Assembly: GCA_905331295.1 (NCBI GenBank)
Contig: CAJNYD010000074.1
Location: 372,001-433,356, forward strand
Length of the DNA stretch: 61,356 nt
Source: Rotaria socialis
Taxonomy: Eukaryota
Reading direction: 5' to 3'
Shown: positions 38,821-52,370 of the stretch, piece by piece
Position numbering within the stretch: position 1 is the first letter of the stretch
How the letters are laid out: each line of letters opens with the position of its first letter
The notes under the pieces: model-generated
Told to the model about the DNA's origin: nothing
The model's input: only the letters and a program-made list of their open reading frames with translations
Database searches by the model: none
Translations under genes and position numbers: made by a program

Positions 38821-39786
38821 ATGTTGCGACGAGTCGATTTTTGGAAAGAGGAACGTGAAGCACCTATTCTACGTTTGAATTACTCATTTTTACCTTCTAC
38901 GAAAATTCTTGAGCGCATCGATGATGACATTGAGGAAACTTCGACTGGAAGTTTGAACTACGAACGAATTATTCGTCATGATGCCGAGCGTACATTTGTG
39001 GGTCCCGCTCAACAAAGAACTTTGATGGAAGTTTTATCATGTCTTCAAAACGAATTCGGCTCCTATCATCAGGCAATGTCCTATGTAGCTGGTTTTCTTC
39101 TGCTCACTCATTCGCCGTCCAAAGTGATCGAAACTATGCGTCAACTTCATCGTACTGTTCTCGTCGGCTATTGGACTGCAGAACCTGTTGCATTCGCTAT
39201 CGATGCTTACGTATTTGACTATCTTCTCGCGAATCATGAGCCAGAAATTCACGAACATCTCGCCAAAAATTATATTTTCCCCGAAACTTACGCTCAAAAA
39301 TGGTTTACTACATTGTGCGTCGGTGTTCTGCCGTTCGAAGCACTCTTCCTGTTTTTCGACACTCATGTCACTCAATCTTTGATTGAAGCATCAAATATTT
39401 TTCTATTTCAATTCGCTTTAAGCCTAATGAAGCATATTCGAGAAGGCTTACTCAACAGCAAGAAAGTTGCCGACATCTATGGATATCTAAGATTGGATCC
39501 ATCGTTACCACTATTCGATCCGAAAGCCAATGATCTAACCATATCAATAGTTCAACACGCAAAAGATTACGATTTGAGTCAATATGATTTTGTTCATTTA
39601 CGCCAAAAGGTTTTCGAAGAAAAATTAAAAGCACGATTGGAAGCAGCCAATCGAGCTCATAAAGAAAACAAAGAAAGTCAGGATTTAATCGCTACATCAT
39701 CGGACGACGATGAGGATGAAGAAGAAACTGTGCCATCAACAATGGAAAATCTCGTTACTCACATGAAACAATTGCGCATTGAATAA
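38821..39786 (+). CDS. Intronless TBC-domain Rab GTPase-activating protein
   Basis: 321-aa ORF with Arg finger IRHDAERTF (IxxDxxR), Gln finger YHQAMSYV (YxQ), YAQKWFTTL, and an acidic tail. Confidence 0.88.
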   Translation: MLRRVDFWKEEREAPILRLNYSFLPSTKILERIDDDIEETSTGSLNYERIIRHDAERTFVGPAQQRTLMEVLSCLQNEFGSYHQAMSYVAGFLLLTHSPSKVIETMRQLHRTVLVGYWTAEPVAFAIDAYVFDYLLANHEPEIHEHLAKNYIFPETYAQKWFTTLCVGVLPFEALFLFFDTHVTQSLIEASNIFLFQFALSLMKHIREGLLNSKKVADIYGYLRLDPSLPLFDPKANDLTISIVQHAKDYDLSQYDFVHLRQKVFEEKLKARLEAANRAHKENKESQDLIATSSDDDEDEEETVPSTMENLVTHMKQLRIE

Positions 39787-40517
39787 ATTCAACTTGTGTC
39801 TGCTATTTATATCAACTCTACTTAGAATTTCGATCCTATTTGAGATCATTAGAATATTTTAATTTTTACAGATTCCTTGCTACATGTCGTATCATTTTTA
39901 TGCGCAAATGCTAAATCTATGTATAGATACTGGTTTGCATATTTGCAAAATTCCCTATGGTTGGAAGAGTATTTTCCGTTGACTCATTAGAAAACTCATA
40001 CTCCCACCTACACTCACACGCAAACAATAGTCGCCGAGGACTTAATTGCGCTATCTAAAAATCTGTCCAATGGCTGCGAAAACTGGAGGGATACGAGGAA
40101 AAACTTCAATCATATCTTAAAACTCAACAAACATTGTTAATCATCATTTTCTTCAAGTGTAAAATATCTGTTCTGACCAGTTTGGTGTAAGTTATATATT
40201 AGAATACAAGAATACATTTCAGTTTTACTGCTTTATAAAATGAATGAATTTAAAACAAAATGAAATACTTACAATCACAAAAATGATACTGCCTTCAATA
40301 AAATAATTAAATGAGAGTGTCTGCGCAAAATTCTGCTATCGAGCCATACTCAAGTTCTCGCTATAGCTATATCTTGAACTGCTTAGGTCTGACCAAAAGT
40401 TCTGCAATCGTTATTGACAATTTTATAAACCAATTAACATTCAAGAGATTGTTGCACGGATAAATAGTGGGATTTCTTATCTATAATGATATTTATAGTA
40501 AATCTATTTTGGACTTA

Positions 40518-41128
40518 CAATGGAAGGTTGTGAACTGTTAAGCAGTAAAATTGACCTTGTTCCGGGGAAATGATCACTCTCATCGAGAAACTAACGTATT
40601 TAAAAGATGAGCTGCCCATGGCTTACCTGGACAGAGATATTCGATTTTTCAGTAAGCTTTCTCTGCAGGACCTTACTTTCGAAGCAAAATCAAATTTTTG
40701 AATTTCGACCTGAAACTTTGTAAACATGAAAACCTCAATGAGACTAGCACATAAAACAAATTTCAGCATTTTTGAACAATCTTTCATTGAGATATGAAAT
40801 TCTCAAGATATGCAACATCTATAGAAAAACGCCAATATTTTCAGAGATGGACATCTCGAAGAGGATTTGTTGAAAAATGCTGAAATTTTTTCTGTGAACT
40901 AGTCTCATTAAGGTTTTCATGTTTACAAAGTTTCAGGTCGAAATTCAAAAATTCGATTTTGCTTCGAAAGTAAGGTCCTGCGGAGAAAGCTTACTGAAAA
41001 ATCGAATATCTCTGTCCAGGTAAGCCATGGGTAGCTCATCTTTTAAATACGTTAGTTTCTCGATGAGAGTGATCATTTCCCCGGAACAAGGTCAATTTTA
41101 CTGCTTAACAGTTCACAACCTTCGATTG
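40518..41128. mobile_element. ~610-bp near-perfect palindromic foldback MITE inside the mariner 5' region
   Basis: Arms of ~270 bp (GAAGGTTGTGAACTGTTAAGCAG...) are reverse complements with few differences; spacer ~70 bp; TA on the left. Confidence 0.88.
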
Positions 41129-41313
41129 TTAGCTATAGTACTTTTTAAGATAAATTTTTATTTGAGCCAAAAGTTTTTTTTTTACAATGGATAATGAACT
41201 CAATCGATACTATATAAAAATTCGAACTATTTTCTAAATAGATCCAAAGACAATTCATTAAGTACTTGTAACACTTTGGGACCCAGTGCTCCATCATTTA
41301 CAACAGTTACAAG

Positions 41314-42310
41314 CATAGGCGGCGCGCCAGCTATGCGAGGGGTATCAGTTGCTACCCCTATGGAAATTTAAGGGTAGCAATAAAAAGTTATTGCTACCCC
41401 TAATAATACACATTTCGATAATTGTTAGAAGAACGCTTATACACGATGAGCCTTGTTTTATTTTCCTCTGAGGCTCTACTTTCATCATGTATGTCTGACA
41501 TTTATTTGTGTCAAGTTTGATGTCGGTTTGCATTACATGGTTGGAGAAACAAAGACTATTTTTTCGCTTCCTTTCCTGATACAAAGAAACTCTTGATTAA
41601 TTTCCGCTGTTTTATATTCAATTCGATTTTTTTATGATGTACTACGAACAGTCCAAAAGTAGTGTTGTCAATACTGTATTTCCGTATAGAAAGCTTGAAG
41701 CAATTTTCTTTTTTCATATAGTGATAGAGAAAACAATGCTCTTTTTTTCTACGGCACTTGATCAATCTTCACTTAATATCAAAATTAAAAAGCCTGCATA
41801 AGAACTGTTCTTTTTCTATAAAATGCGACAGTAGCACTAATTATATTAAAAAAGGCCAAGTGAGTACTTTTTGAGTAACTTTTCATTGGAACAAGATAGA
41901 GAGCTGTGGTCTTCACAGTTTAAAAGAGGACATAAAGATGTATCGAATCGTATATTATAGGTTTTTTCACTCTGATTTTCTTAAGATTTTTCAGTCTTCT
42001 TTCAAAATAAATCTACTTCGCGAGGTATGTGCAGCGAATTTTCTATTATCACGTGTGCATTCAAACCGTTAATGAAAGATCTATACAACAGCAAAAAGAG
42101 TTGACATGTTTAGAATTTATTATTCTGAAGTCATAGATATTCTAGTAGAAGCCGTAAGCGATTTTTCTAGCAATTTCTGTAAAAAGGTTTGCTTTTATTG
42201 TTTGCTATTTGATGCAAAACTATTTCTTTGGCACATAGAAAATTGATTAAACATTATCGGTTTAATAAACTTATTGCTACCCCTAGAAACTTTAGCTTGC
42301 GCCGCCCATG
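41314..42310. mobile_element. ~1-kb non-autonomous hAT element inserted in the mariner transposase ORF
   Basis: TIRs CAT[AG]GGCGGCGC, perfect 8-bp TSD GTTACAAG (41306-41313, 42311-42318), subterminal TTGCTACCCCT repeats. Removing it rejoins ...APSFTTVTR / KRFREGRE. Confidence 0.9.
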
Positions 42311-43476
42311 GTTACAAGATGAACAAAACGTTTTCGTGAAGGAAGAGAAGGTGTCAATGATGCTTCTCGATCTGGTCGTCCAATAGTATCCGAACTTACA
42401 GATGAAAATATTGAACTGGTTCGACAAGTTATGAGCAATGATCCACATTCAACTTATGATTAAATTATAGCTGAGACTCTCTCTCTCATGGTACAATAGA
42501 ACGAATTATCCACGACTATCTCAAGATGAAAAATGTTACATCTCGTTGGGTACCGCATCAACTAACTGATCAACAAAAACAACAACGAGTTAAACTTTGT
42601 CGTGAAAATTTGGCGAAATTTAAAAATGGTTCCTGGCAATTATGTGATATTATAACAGATGATGAAACGTGGATTTACCATAGGCAGATTCATCGCAAGT
42701 CAAAGAGCGCAAGCTGGGTTGGCGAAGGTGAATCCCCAATTACTGTAATCCGTCGAAGCAAATTTGAACTAAAAAATTATTTTCTATTTTCTTTAAATCA
42801 AATGATCCTGCTCTTATACATTGTGTTGATGAAGGCAAGACTGTAGATCACAACTACTATATTGAAAATTTCCCCAATTCTGTTGCCAAGGAAATATGGA
42901 AACAAAGAAAATCAGCAGGCACAAAAGGTATCAAATTGCTTCACGACAATGCTCGACCCCATATTCATTCTGACGTTATTAATTATTTAACAGAAGAAGG
43001 TATCAATATAATGGCACATCCACCATATTCACTTGACATTGCACCGTGTGATTATTGACTAAATGATTGCATCAAGCATAATTTAATCGATCAAACAAAT
43101 AAAAAATCATTAACTTGTGCGGTATCCAAAGCGGTAAAAAATATTCCAGAAAACGAATATAAAAAACCTTTTGGCAAACTGTTAGAAAGGATGGAACTTT
43201 GTATGAATAATCATGGGGACTATTTTCAACATTTAATAAAATAAAACTCGAACTTTTCCTTTTCCTTTTTATTTTAAATTGCAGAACTTTTGGTCAAACC
43301 TAAGTACAATGATATATTTATTTTTCTTTTATGTCACTGTCTTCTTTTATTTTACAGATGGATTTGAAAAAAATTTCACATAATCAACTCGTTCTTGCGT
43401 TGAGATCAAAGAACACGGAAATTGTTTTTGTAGAACTGAAAAATCTATTCGTTCATGATGATATCAATGGTGAGCT

Positions 43477-44551
43477 TCATTCATCCATATAGTCTGGTAC
43501 AGTATTCATGGTTGGCACTACTTGATTATTCATACTAAACAGATGAAGTTTTTCTGGAATCCATCGACAATATTGTGAACACTTTTTCATCAAAATATAT
43601 TTTGCTTGACGACGGAATCGCATCGATGCAATCAAGTATACATAAAATAAGCTCTAGAAATTTGTGAACATTAATGAGTATGAAAAAATGAAGACAAAAA
43701 CCTAAATAGCATACCGCAACATTCATATAGCTAATAGAGATACTGATGCTTGTGACCAATAGTCCAACGGCCGCTGAAAGTCCTTGATAGAGATGATTCT
43801 GTATATTCATTGTGTAAAAGTTTTGAGCAACATAAAATGCAAGAGAAAGAACAAACACTATCACTCTAGCAAGAATCATAGCTGTAAACTGTTGATCCAT
43901 TCGTCGTCGAGTATTACTCAGTTGTTGTCGATGAATTCGTCGAACATTGCGGTAGGCCCATATACTAAATATGAATGCTATAGACATCGGTAGAATTCCT
44001 TGTAGAATGATCAAATGAAAATATGAGTAGTATCGAGTCATCCCCACATCAGTGATCGAACACCCAAATTGAACTTTGGTTTTGTAAAAGATGACGAATA
44101 GTATGTTGTAGAAAAACGAAGCAATAGCTGCAATTGCAATGAGATATTTCCCTAATCTAACAGTGCTCCATTGCCTCCAGTGGGGTCTAAAATTTGTAGA
44201 TAAATATTGATCGATGACTGCGAAATTAACCAAACATAGAAACATATTCGTACACCATTGAATGATTGGTTGTCTGAATTTGCACCATAGCAAATTTATT
44301 GGACCTGACTGAAATTTAAATATTTGATCAAGAACTCGTAAGTTGGCACCAAGAGATAGAATACCGAGATCAACAATTGACTCAGCAATAATATAGAAAG
44401 AGCTAGGATATTCTCGGAACTTTTTCAGGTTGGTAAAAATAATAATATTACAAATATTTCCAATATGTCCGAGTAGAGAAATAATTGAAAATGCGTATAT
44501 GTTGTACAGCTGAGTAACATCCACTATGTTTTGTACTGTAACTGATGACAT
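43477..44551 (-). CDS. Orphan rhodopsin-like (class A) GPCR, two exons
   Basis: TM1 GHIGNICNIIIF, WCKFR, AVIDQYL (DRY variant), GILPM, DQQFTAMIL. Intron after YMNVA, then SLFYVYLIASMRFRRQ...DYMDE-stop. Confidence 0.85.
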
Positions 44552-47500
44552 TATGAGAAGATGTAGAAATGTAACGAATCGTTAATATATTTGTTGGGTG
44601 GTATTGATTTCAACAATGAATATGGAAAAAGAAAATCTCAAACATGAAAACATCAACAGATGATACGAAAAATTATTAATGTTGCAGCACAAAAACTATT
44701 GAGAGTAAGATTCTAATTTTAGAAATGACTGAAATTTAATATGAAAACTGACATGAGACGGAGGGGGGTATGATATTATGCCAGAGTCTTAATTCTGAAT
44801 TTCTGTTCTCTATTATAGCATGTGCAGCTCGATGCCACACATTTATTTAATACGATCTACCATCTATGACAAAGAACATCTTGAACTTATTTTTATTTTG
44901 TCATCTACGTTCACGGAGTCGTCGTTGAGAATATTTATGAAATTTAATCAAGCTTTGTAATTAGTCAAAATATGCAGCCGTCTGAAATGTTTTTTTTTTA
45001 TTAATTTTAGCAAATTTATGAAGTCGTACAGTGTAGAAAAATAATTCTCCTCTAGATTTATAAGCATCTACTGAAAAACATGTATATTGGTCCCTCTATA
45101 ATTTGCCTTATTTATTTTAAATTAGTTAGAGAAAAAATATTCTTACTGTGCAACGCCTTGGATTTTGAATCTTGTAGTAAGCTACATCGAAAATATCCCC
45201 AGTTAACAAAATGAATGTCTATACATGAGTTCATGTCCGAATTATGCGCAAAATAGGTATTGGCACAATGTCTAAAGGGTATGAATATTTGAAATGTAAC
45301 AAATCTTATCTAGAAACTGTCTCTGTCGAAGCGTCGGGTGGAAAAATACGAAAATCACTTAGCCTTCGGTGAAAATTGCTATAGTTACTGAAAGTATAGC
45401 AATGTTTTTTCTTCCACCAATTTCAATGATTATCGGCAAATAAAATGAAAATTTCCTAGAAAAATGCTTACATTGTTAATATACGACTACGGTAATTGAG
45501 CAAAGCTATTCTATTATGTAATCTGCAAAGAACAAAGTAACCTCTCATTGTTTTCAGATATTAAAAGGCCCTTAAAAGAGAATATATTTGCAAAGTTTTT
45601 ACAAATAACAACTCACTGAAATTTTGAAAGAAGCATCGCGTAGCAAATATATTGAATATTCATAAAAAAATGAATATATCTGTCATGGAATTATCAAAAT
45701 AATTAAGCATGCGCTTTCGATAGACTGGTTGCTTTCTTTAGATTTTGAGTATGTTAGGATGTCGATGGCTATACTAAAAATGCCTGTTTCCATTGTATCA
45801 CTATTTCTCATTTTGCCAACAACATAAAGAATAGTTTAAGAATAAGCTCAAAACCTAAAAATCGAGACAAATATATTTTGTTAAACTAAATATGTGTCTC
45901 GAAACTGTATTTTGAGCTAATGCCTAACTTGCCATATATTTATAAAAGCTGCTAAATACGAACATAACTTTAACACTTGCTGTAATTGTTGCTACTGGTA
46001 TAGGAAACTTTTTTATTACTAAAGAAAAAAACGATGGTATCTGAAACGTATGCATAACTGTTTTAACATATAGAAGAGAGCCTTTATTACGTTAAAAGCA
46101 ACATTGTTCATCAATACTTGATGTGTTTGATTGATACTCTTCCAAATATCTTCAAATCTATCAACAGCTCCACTCGCGTTACTAGTAATCAAGAACCAGT
46201 TTCATTTTCTTGCTATATGAGCTCGTTCTTTTCCACAGAAAACGTTTCCAACAGCTTACAATAAAATGTTTCAGAAAGATAAAATCAGCGAGAAACATAT
46301 GAAAATATTATAACATAGTAGAAAAAAAATTTCAAACCTCTTTATGATTGTGAGGTTATTTGTGGACAAATATGTTTCATGAAATTTTCTCAATAAAAAT
46401 TCGTCAGAAAATATGAATAATAACACTTACTTCAGTATAACTTGATAAGATCTATTTGACTATATGTGCCAATATCGGCAAAACTGTTTCCTCTAAGGTG
46501 AGCCGACTAGTACTGTATGGGTTTGAAAGTTTTTAAATTAACAGAAAAGTTTCTTAAATACATGTAATATTATTAAGTTTATTCAAGATAAATGCTGCTC
46601 TATTTTATTGTCATAAAGAAAGTATTCTGTCATTGTTCTATTTGCGGAAAGCAATGGGAGGATTTCTAGAATAGAAATTAGTGTGACAACTAGCTCTTAC
46701 TTCCTTTCATTAAAATAAATAGCAATCTCTACAGTAGGTGGAAGTCATGATAACTTGATTACTTTTTACAACGAAAAAGTATCTATTTTTTTAAATTTCT
46801 CGCTTCATTATTTTTAGAAAGGAAATGCGAGGAAAGCTCAAAGTAACGAGTGTCATTTGAATCTGGTTATAGTGTTGTCTGTTTCATTATGTGAAGGATT
46901 GGCGTATTATCTGCGTGTAATACGAACAATAGTTTATTATAATTTAATTTCTTCTTTTCTTTCAGCTTTTTATTTTTTCCTCGAAAATGTGAATCTCAAT
47001 GAATAGAAAAAGGAGAGAAGTACTTTTATAAAAATAGACCAGAAATGAAAGTATAAATTAGTTCAAAAAAGAAAAAAATTATTTAACTCAAATATCTTCA
47101 CCCTATCTTAATCTGAAAAACAGCAGATTTTCTAGTTTATTTTGTATCTTGTGAAAAATTGTTAATTATGAAACAAATCATCAAAAACTAGCTTCTCTGA
47201 CACCATTAACACTCCTGTACTCTCCGAAAACTTTTAAGAAGTATGAAAACAGCATTTATAACGTTACTCTAAGATTTATTTTTCCTCTGACGTCAGAGGA
47301 AATTTTTATTCCTTAGTTAAATCCGTGAGTTTGCATATAATGTAAGGTTTGCAAATATAACCGAGCAAAAAAAGAATTATGTTTAGATAAATCTTATAGG
47401 CATTATTCCGATCAACAGTTTTGTATCACTATAGTGTAGCTTAAAATGACATCAAGGTTTTGCTATTATCAAATATTATAGCAGCTATTTTGAAAATTTG

Positions 47501-48996
47501 TGTTTCTCATCGTTTGGAAAAGAAATTGCAATGTATTCATTAACATAAAAAGTCGCTAATAAACAATAGTAAAATTAAAACATGGGAAATCAACACAGTT
47601 GTTCGAAAAAAATGAATATCTATCTCACGCAGGGATGATGCTCTATAAAAAGAAAAGTATGATAATATAATTTGTTTCCACAATAGTGCGCACACTTAGC
47701 GCAACCTGCATGTCACTTGATATATCTGCATATATATGATCTGCCGGAATAGCAAGCCAGAAAGGCCGAAGGGAGAAAGGTTTGCTTCTGTTGTGTATGC
47801 CTGTAAAGAGAACTCAACGAAGCAAAATAGAATACTAAATTATTATGAAAGAGAACGTGAAAAAGATATAGAAGTTTCTCAACGCAATTACTCTAATTGT
47901 ATGGAAGTACATCCTGCTATTAGAAAAACTTCTTGGAATTATTATCATGAAAAAGGAGCATTTAATAATATAAACACGCATATCTACATATATATTAAAA
48001 AAGCAATCCAAGCACAAACGGAATCTTTCTCCTCGTGTGAAATAATATGTTTCAGTCTGATGCTTCGGTAAAACATTAAAAATAACATGACTCTAAAACG
48101 AAAATCATGCTGTTTTATCAATCAACTGTGAGCATTTGTTGATTTTAAACACTTCATAACTGATGTGCACAGTTGATATGAAGATGAAACTTTAAATCCG
48201 CTTGCTAGTGACCAATTAGACTGAACAATCATGTCTTAATTGTACAAACTAACAACAGTTATCGTTGATTCACATGCAGAGTTTTCACAAAAAAATCAAG
48301 GCACACTGAATTCAAATCATAGACCAATGCATTTGCATCCGCATACAATTAAACATTGATTGTACATGTTGTATTAAAACTGATACCACTAGCCTACGAT
48401 GCAAAAATATCCGCACAAATGTCAAAGCATGCTGTATTCGAACAAAATGTGTTAACAGCCTAATTTCTTCACCGATGGATAGAGCATAGCTTGCGCTGTA
48501 AAACGCACAGCGACATTATAATTGAAGATCTGGTTTACGATATCAAATCTCAACTGTTTTTCAAACACTGAAATTGATACATTGCCATTCTCTAAAAAAA
48601 TTGCCATACTGAACCGTATTAAGATCCTAGATTTGAATACCATTTTCTGAACCTTTTTGTGGTTCTATTCAACAAGTACAGAAACCCAAAAAAGGTTCAG
48701 GCTTTCCGACTAAACCCTTTTTAACTTCTAGAAAAAAACATTTCATAGAATTGAAGAAGGTTTATTATAACACCCTTTTTTTCAGCGAATGTGAAGTTTG
48801 GATTAAATCATTGCACTGTCTCGACTTGACACTAGCTGCTAAGCTATCATTATAAGACAGGAGATAGTCTGGCAATTTGTGTACCTGTTTGAAACTAATT
48901 TAAGACAATTTTATTATCTGGATTGATAAGTTAATTTAAACTTAAAAATGTATTCATTTATCTAATTAATATATTTATTCACAATCATCTTTTTAC

Positions 48997-50066
48997 TCAT
49001 TGTCGAGAATTTAATGGGCATTATCTGTTTATTAAGTATCACTTGATTGTTCATATATGTATATGGTCGACCGAAGTTTTCAGATATTGGCCAAAAGCAT
49101 TTAAAGCGCTGCTTTAACAAAACATATTTTGTTTGACGACGAAATCGTGCCGATGCGATTAAATATGCATAAAATGTACCCTAGAAAAAGTTTATCATAT
49201 TTCAGATCAAATAAATTACAGCAAAAGCCTAAATAACATACTGAAACATTCAGATAGCTTAGTGAGATGTTAATGGCTGTAACGAGTAGTTCAATTGCTA
49301 CACGAGGTGAAAGATTTGTATGATGTGACGCATGCATTGTGTAAAACGCGTGAACAATATAAGGCACAAGGTAAATAACAAAAAGTACTACTCGAGCAAG
49401 AATCATAGCAGTAAGTTGTTGATTGATTCGTCGCTGCCTATTGCTTATTTGTCGTCGATGAATTCATCGAACATTTCGATACGCCGATACGCTGAGCATT
49501 GACGCTACACTCATTGGTAAAATTCCACGGAGAATGAGCAGATGAAAAAATAAGTTGTATCGAACGATTTCAATTTTGGTAAAAACACAACCAAATGTGA
49601 TTTTAGTATCAAAAAAAAATTAACTTAGCAAACGGAATATTATAGAAACATAATGTGATGGCCGCAATTACAGTGAGATATTTCCCTAATTTAACAGTAC
49701 TCCATTGTCGCACAAGAGAATCACAAAACTCGTAGAGAAATATTGATCAATCACTTGGAAATTAACCAAAGATACAACCATCAGTGCAAAACATTGAAAA
49801 ATAGGATTTCGTATCTTACACCAAAAAAATGTATTCGTTCCGATGGGAAATTACGTAAAGCAGTGCCAAAAAAGAAAATAATGAGATTAAGAATTGATTC
49901 AGCAATAATATAAAATGTACCAGGATATTTTCGAAACTTGTTTATAGTAATAAATACAATAATATTAGAAGCGTTGTCTACAACATCAACTATTAAAATA
50001 ATCGAGAATGCACATATGATGTGCATATGCATAGCATTCAGTATGGCTTGTGTTGTAAACGGTGAC
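48997..50066 (-). pseudogene. GPCR pseudogene, paralogue of 43477-44551
   Basis: Collinear peptides (KFRKYPGTFYIIAES, QWSTVKLG, HLLILRGILPM, MILARVVLF), same intron position, in-frame TGA at 49464-49466 and frameshifts. Confidence 0.85.
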
Positions 50067-50764
50067 CTTGGAGAAACGTTCCAGGAATAAAATTATTTGC
50101 GGGAGGTATCTATTATTGATTTATCTTGATGGTGCTTTCGATCGATGTGAAAATAAAACAGTATAAAACTTTAAAATATTCAAGATTGCTTGTATTAACA
50201 ATTGGCAGAGTTTCAATTTTAGCAAAAACTAATGTATATAATATCACATGTGAGTTGCGTTATAGCCTTAGTGGCAGATGTACGTATTAGACTGGGTAAG
50301 CATGTGGGCTTTGACCTTAAAATTTATCGACGCTCAAGCTCCATATAGGTTCATGAGTTTTATGGATAAACACGGAGGGTTATCTCAAAGAGTTTTCTAA
50401 ATAGCAATGCACATGAATATCACACAATCTCATTCGAATGCATATTTTGCAGTGTTCAACTGAAATGATATTAGAATACACTGCTTAGTTCAGTCGCAGT
50501 AAAAGTAGAAACTAATTTCAAACGGATAAGTTGGTATACGTGAAAGATAGGAGTTAGCAAATCCTCGAAAATATGAAGTGTTCAACTGAACTAACTACGA
50601 CCTGATAAAAAAGCAAATGATGAATGCCGGGAATCGACTTCGAATTTCATTTTCATTTTTTCTTAATTCGCATAGAAGATAGGATTTACTGTTCGATGCA
50701 GAAATAACAGTTTGTTGTTTTTGCTTTACCAAAGGCAAAAATTTTACGACGCATATATTGTGAT

Positions 50765-51103
50765 CATGGGTGTCGGCTTAGCATTAGTGTTGAATTAGCT
50801 GACGCTACTTTTAATTCTTTTGCATTACGATTCAAAAAATTTAATTAATACTTTTGTATTAGTATTAAATAAGTGTTAGCCTACTGGTAAAACATATATT
50901 TTCTACAACAGAACAGTGTTTTTCTATTTTAAGAAAAGATAAATGTTAACATCAGGTTAAAGGCTATTTCATACTAATGCCAAAACATCAAATTAAACTT
51001 TTATGTCTAATATAAAATCATCAAATTATTTTCTTAATCTTAATATAAAAGCATCAAATACAGCATTAATCAATTCAACGTTAATGCTAAGCTGGATGCC
51101 CTA
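50765..51103. mobile_element. Degenerate hAT-like MITE
   Basis: Inverted ends GCTTAGCATTAGTGTTGAATT / AATTCAACGTTAATGCTAAGC. Flanks ATTGTGAT and GTTGTGAC resemble an eroded 8-bp TSD. Confidence 0.55.
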
Positions 51104-51816
51104 GTTGTGACAGACATTTGCGTATCATAGGAACTTTAAGAACATTGTATTCAATAAACACTTAAAAATGCAATGAAAACAAGAAATCAGATCATCCTAA
51201 AATAATTGCATGGCAAATGAATATCGGTAACAAAGCATGGTCCTGAGGAAAATATCATAAAATAAGACAATGATATCTCTTAATAGTTATCCCCACGTTT
51301 CTTGAACTGATTTTTGTTTTACTCACTCGCATGTATGATAATTGATAATAGGGTTCACATTCTCTAATTAAACGGTAGATTTCTGTCATGAGAATGAACT
51401 TTTCAGAAACCGCTTTCACAGAAACAGTTATGCATGCAAGTAAGCAAATGCGTAGTTTACTATTATACTTGCCCAAGCAATCGAAATCGTATGCTCAAAA
51501 CCTCTCAGACTACAAAAATGATTTTCTAAAGTCATCTATTCGAAAGCTATTTATACTAAAAATCAGTAATTACTAGGAAACCACCAGAAAAATGGAATCC
51601 ATACCTAGATGAGCAGATATGTGTACGAATAATAAAAACCTTCATGTTCCAAACCAATCCTCGCAATTGATGTAATTAATTTAAAAATTCAGAAATCAAT
51701 AGAAAATGTATGTGTGCACTCAATGTAGATATTCGTGGGGTACAAAATTGAAATGAACGAGTTTCTGCATAAAATTTCTGTAACGTCATACGTTATTAAG
51801 GAATCGTGAAAGTCAT

Positions 51817-52370
51817 GAGATGCCTAGTTCGAATTCGAATATAAATTAACATCTGAATAACTACTCACAATTCGAAAATAAATGAAAAACAAAATACGAC
51901 CATTTATAATTCACGATATAGAAATAGATTTCGATTTTATACATTATAAATTTATAATTTGACGTCACTCCCACTTATAAGTTCGGAATAGATTTAGATT
52001 TCCTTTCGTTTTGGGTTTGGTGGGAGGGTGTCGGCGTGGGTGCGAGGAAAGGCGGACATACGCTGGTCTACACACAAGCACAACATAGCAACTTTGGGCG
52101 TGGTGAAAGGCGGACATACACGGGTCTACACATGAGTTGTCTAATTCGAATTCGAATTCGATTATAAATGGAGAATGTAGTAATCATTACCACTTCGAAT
52201 ATAAGTGCAAAAAAAACAACACCCATGTTAATTTCAGCAAAAAGCGAAAGAAAAACTTGCATTTATAAATTTATAATTTATAAAATCGAAATCTACTTCT
52301 GACAGTGGCGTGAAAACATGGAAGCGGTTTTTTTTGCATTTATATTCGAAGTCGAATTAGGCAGCTACTC
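51817..52370. mobile_element. MITE with long imperfect TIRs (MULE-like)
   Basis: TGCCTAGTTCGAATTCGAATATAAAT versus ATTTATATTCGAAGTCGAATTAGGCA. Inner inverted pair at ~51919-51960 and ~52259-52300. Duplicated GC-rich GAAAGGCGGACATAC core. Confidence 0.65.

Larger units (their letters stand above)
40382..43304 (+). mobile_element. Full-length decayed mariner (D,D34D-type) with two nested insertions
   Basis: TIRs CTTAGGT[CT]TGACCAAAAGTTCTGCAAT at both ends; TA on the right, TG on the left. Transposase remnants at 41187-43244: RSGRP, WVPHQL, TDDETW, HDNARPH, HPPYSLDIAPCDY, with stops and frameshifts. Confidence 0.92.

Noticed and set aside
39037..39634. Antisense and alternate-frame ORFs over the TBC gene (likewise over BCAS3, PGM3, GPCR)
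   Set aside because: Shadow ORFs of real coding sequence.
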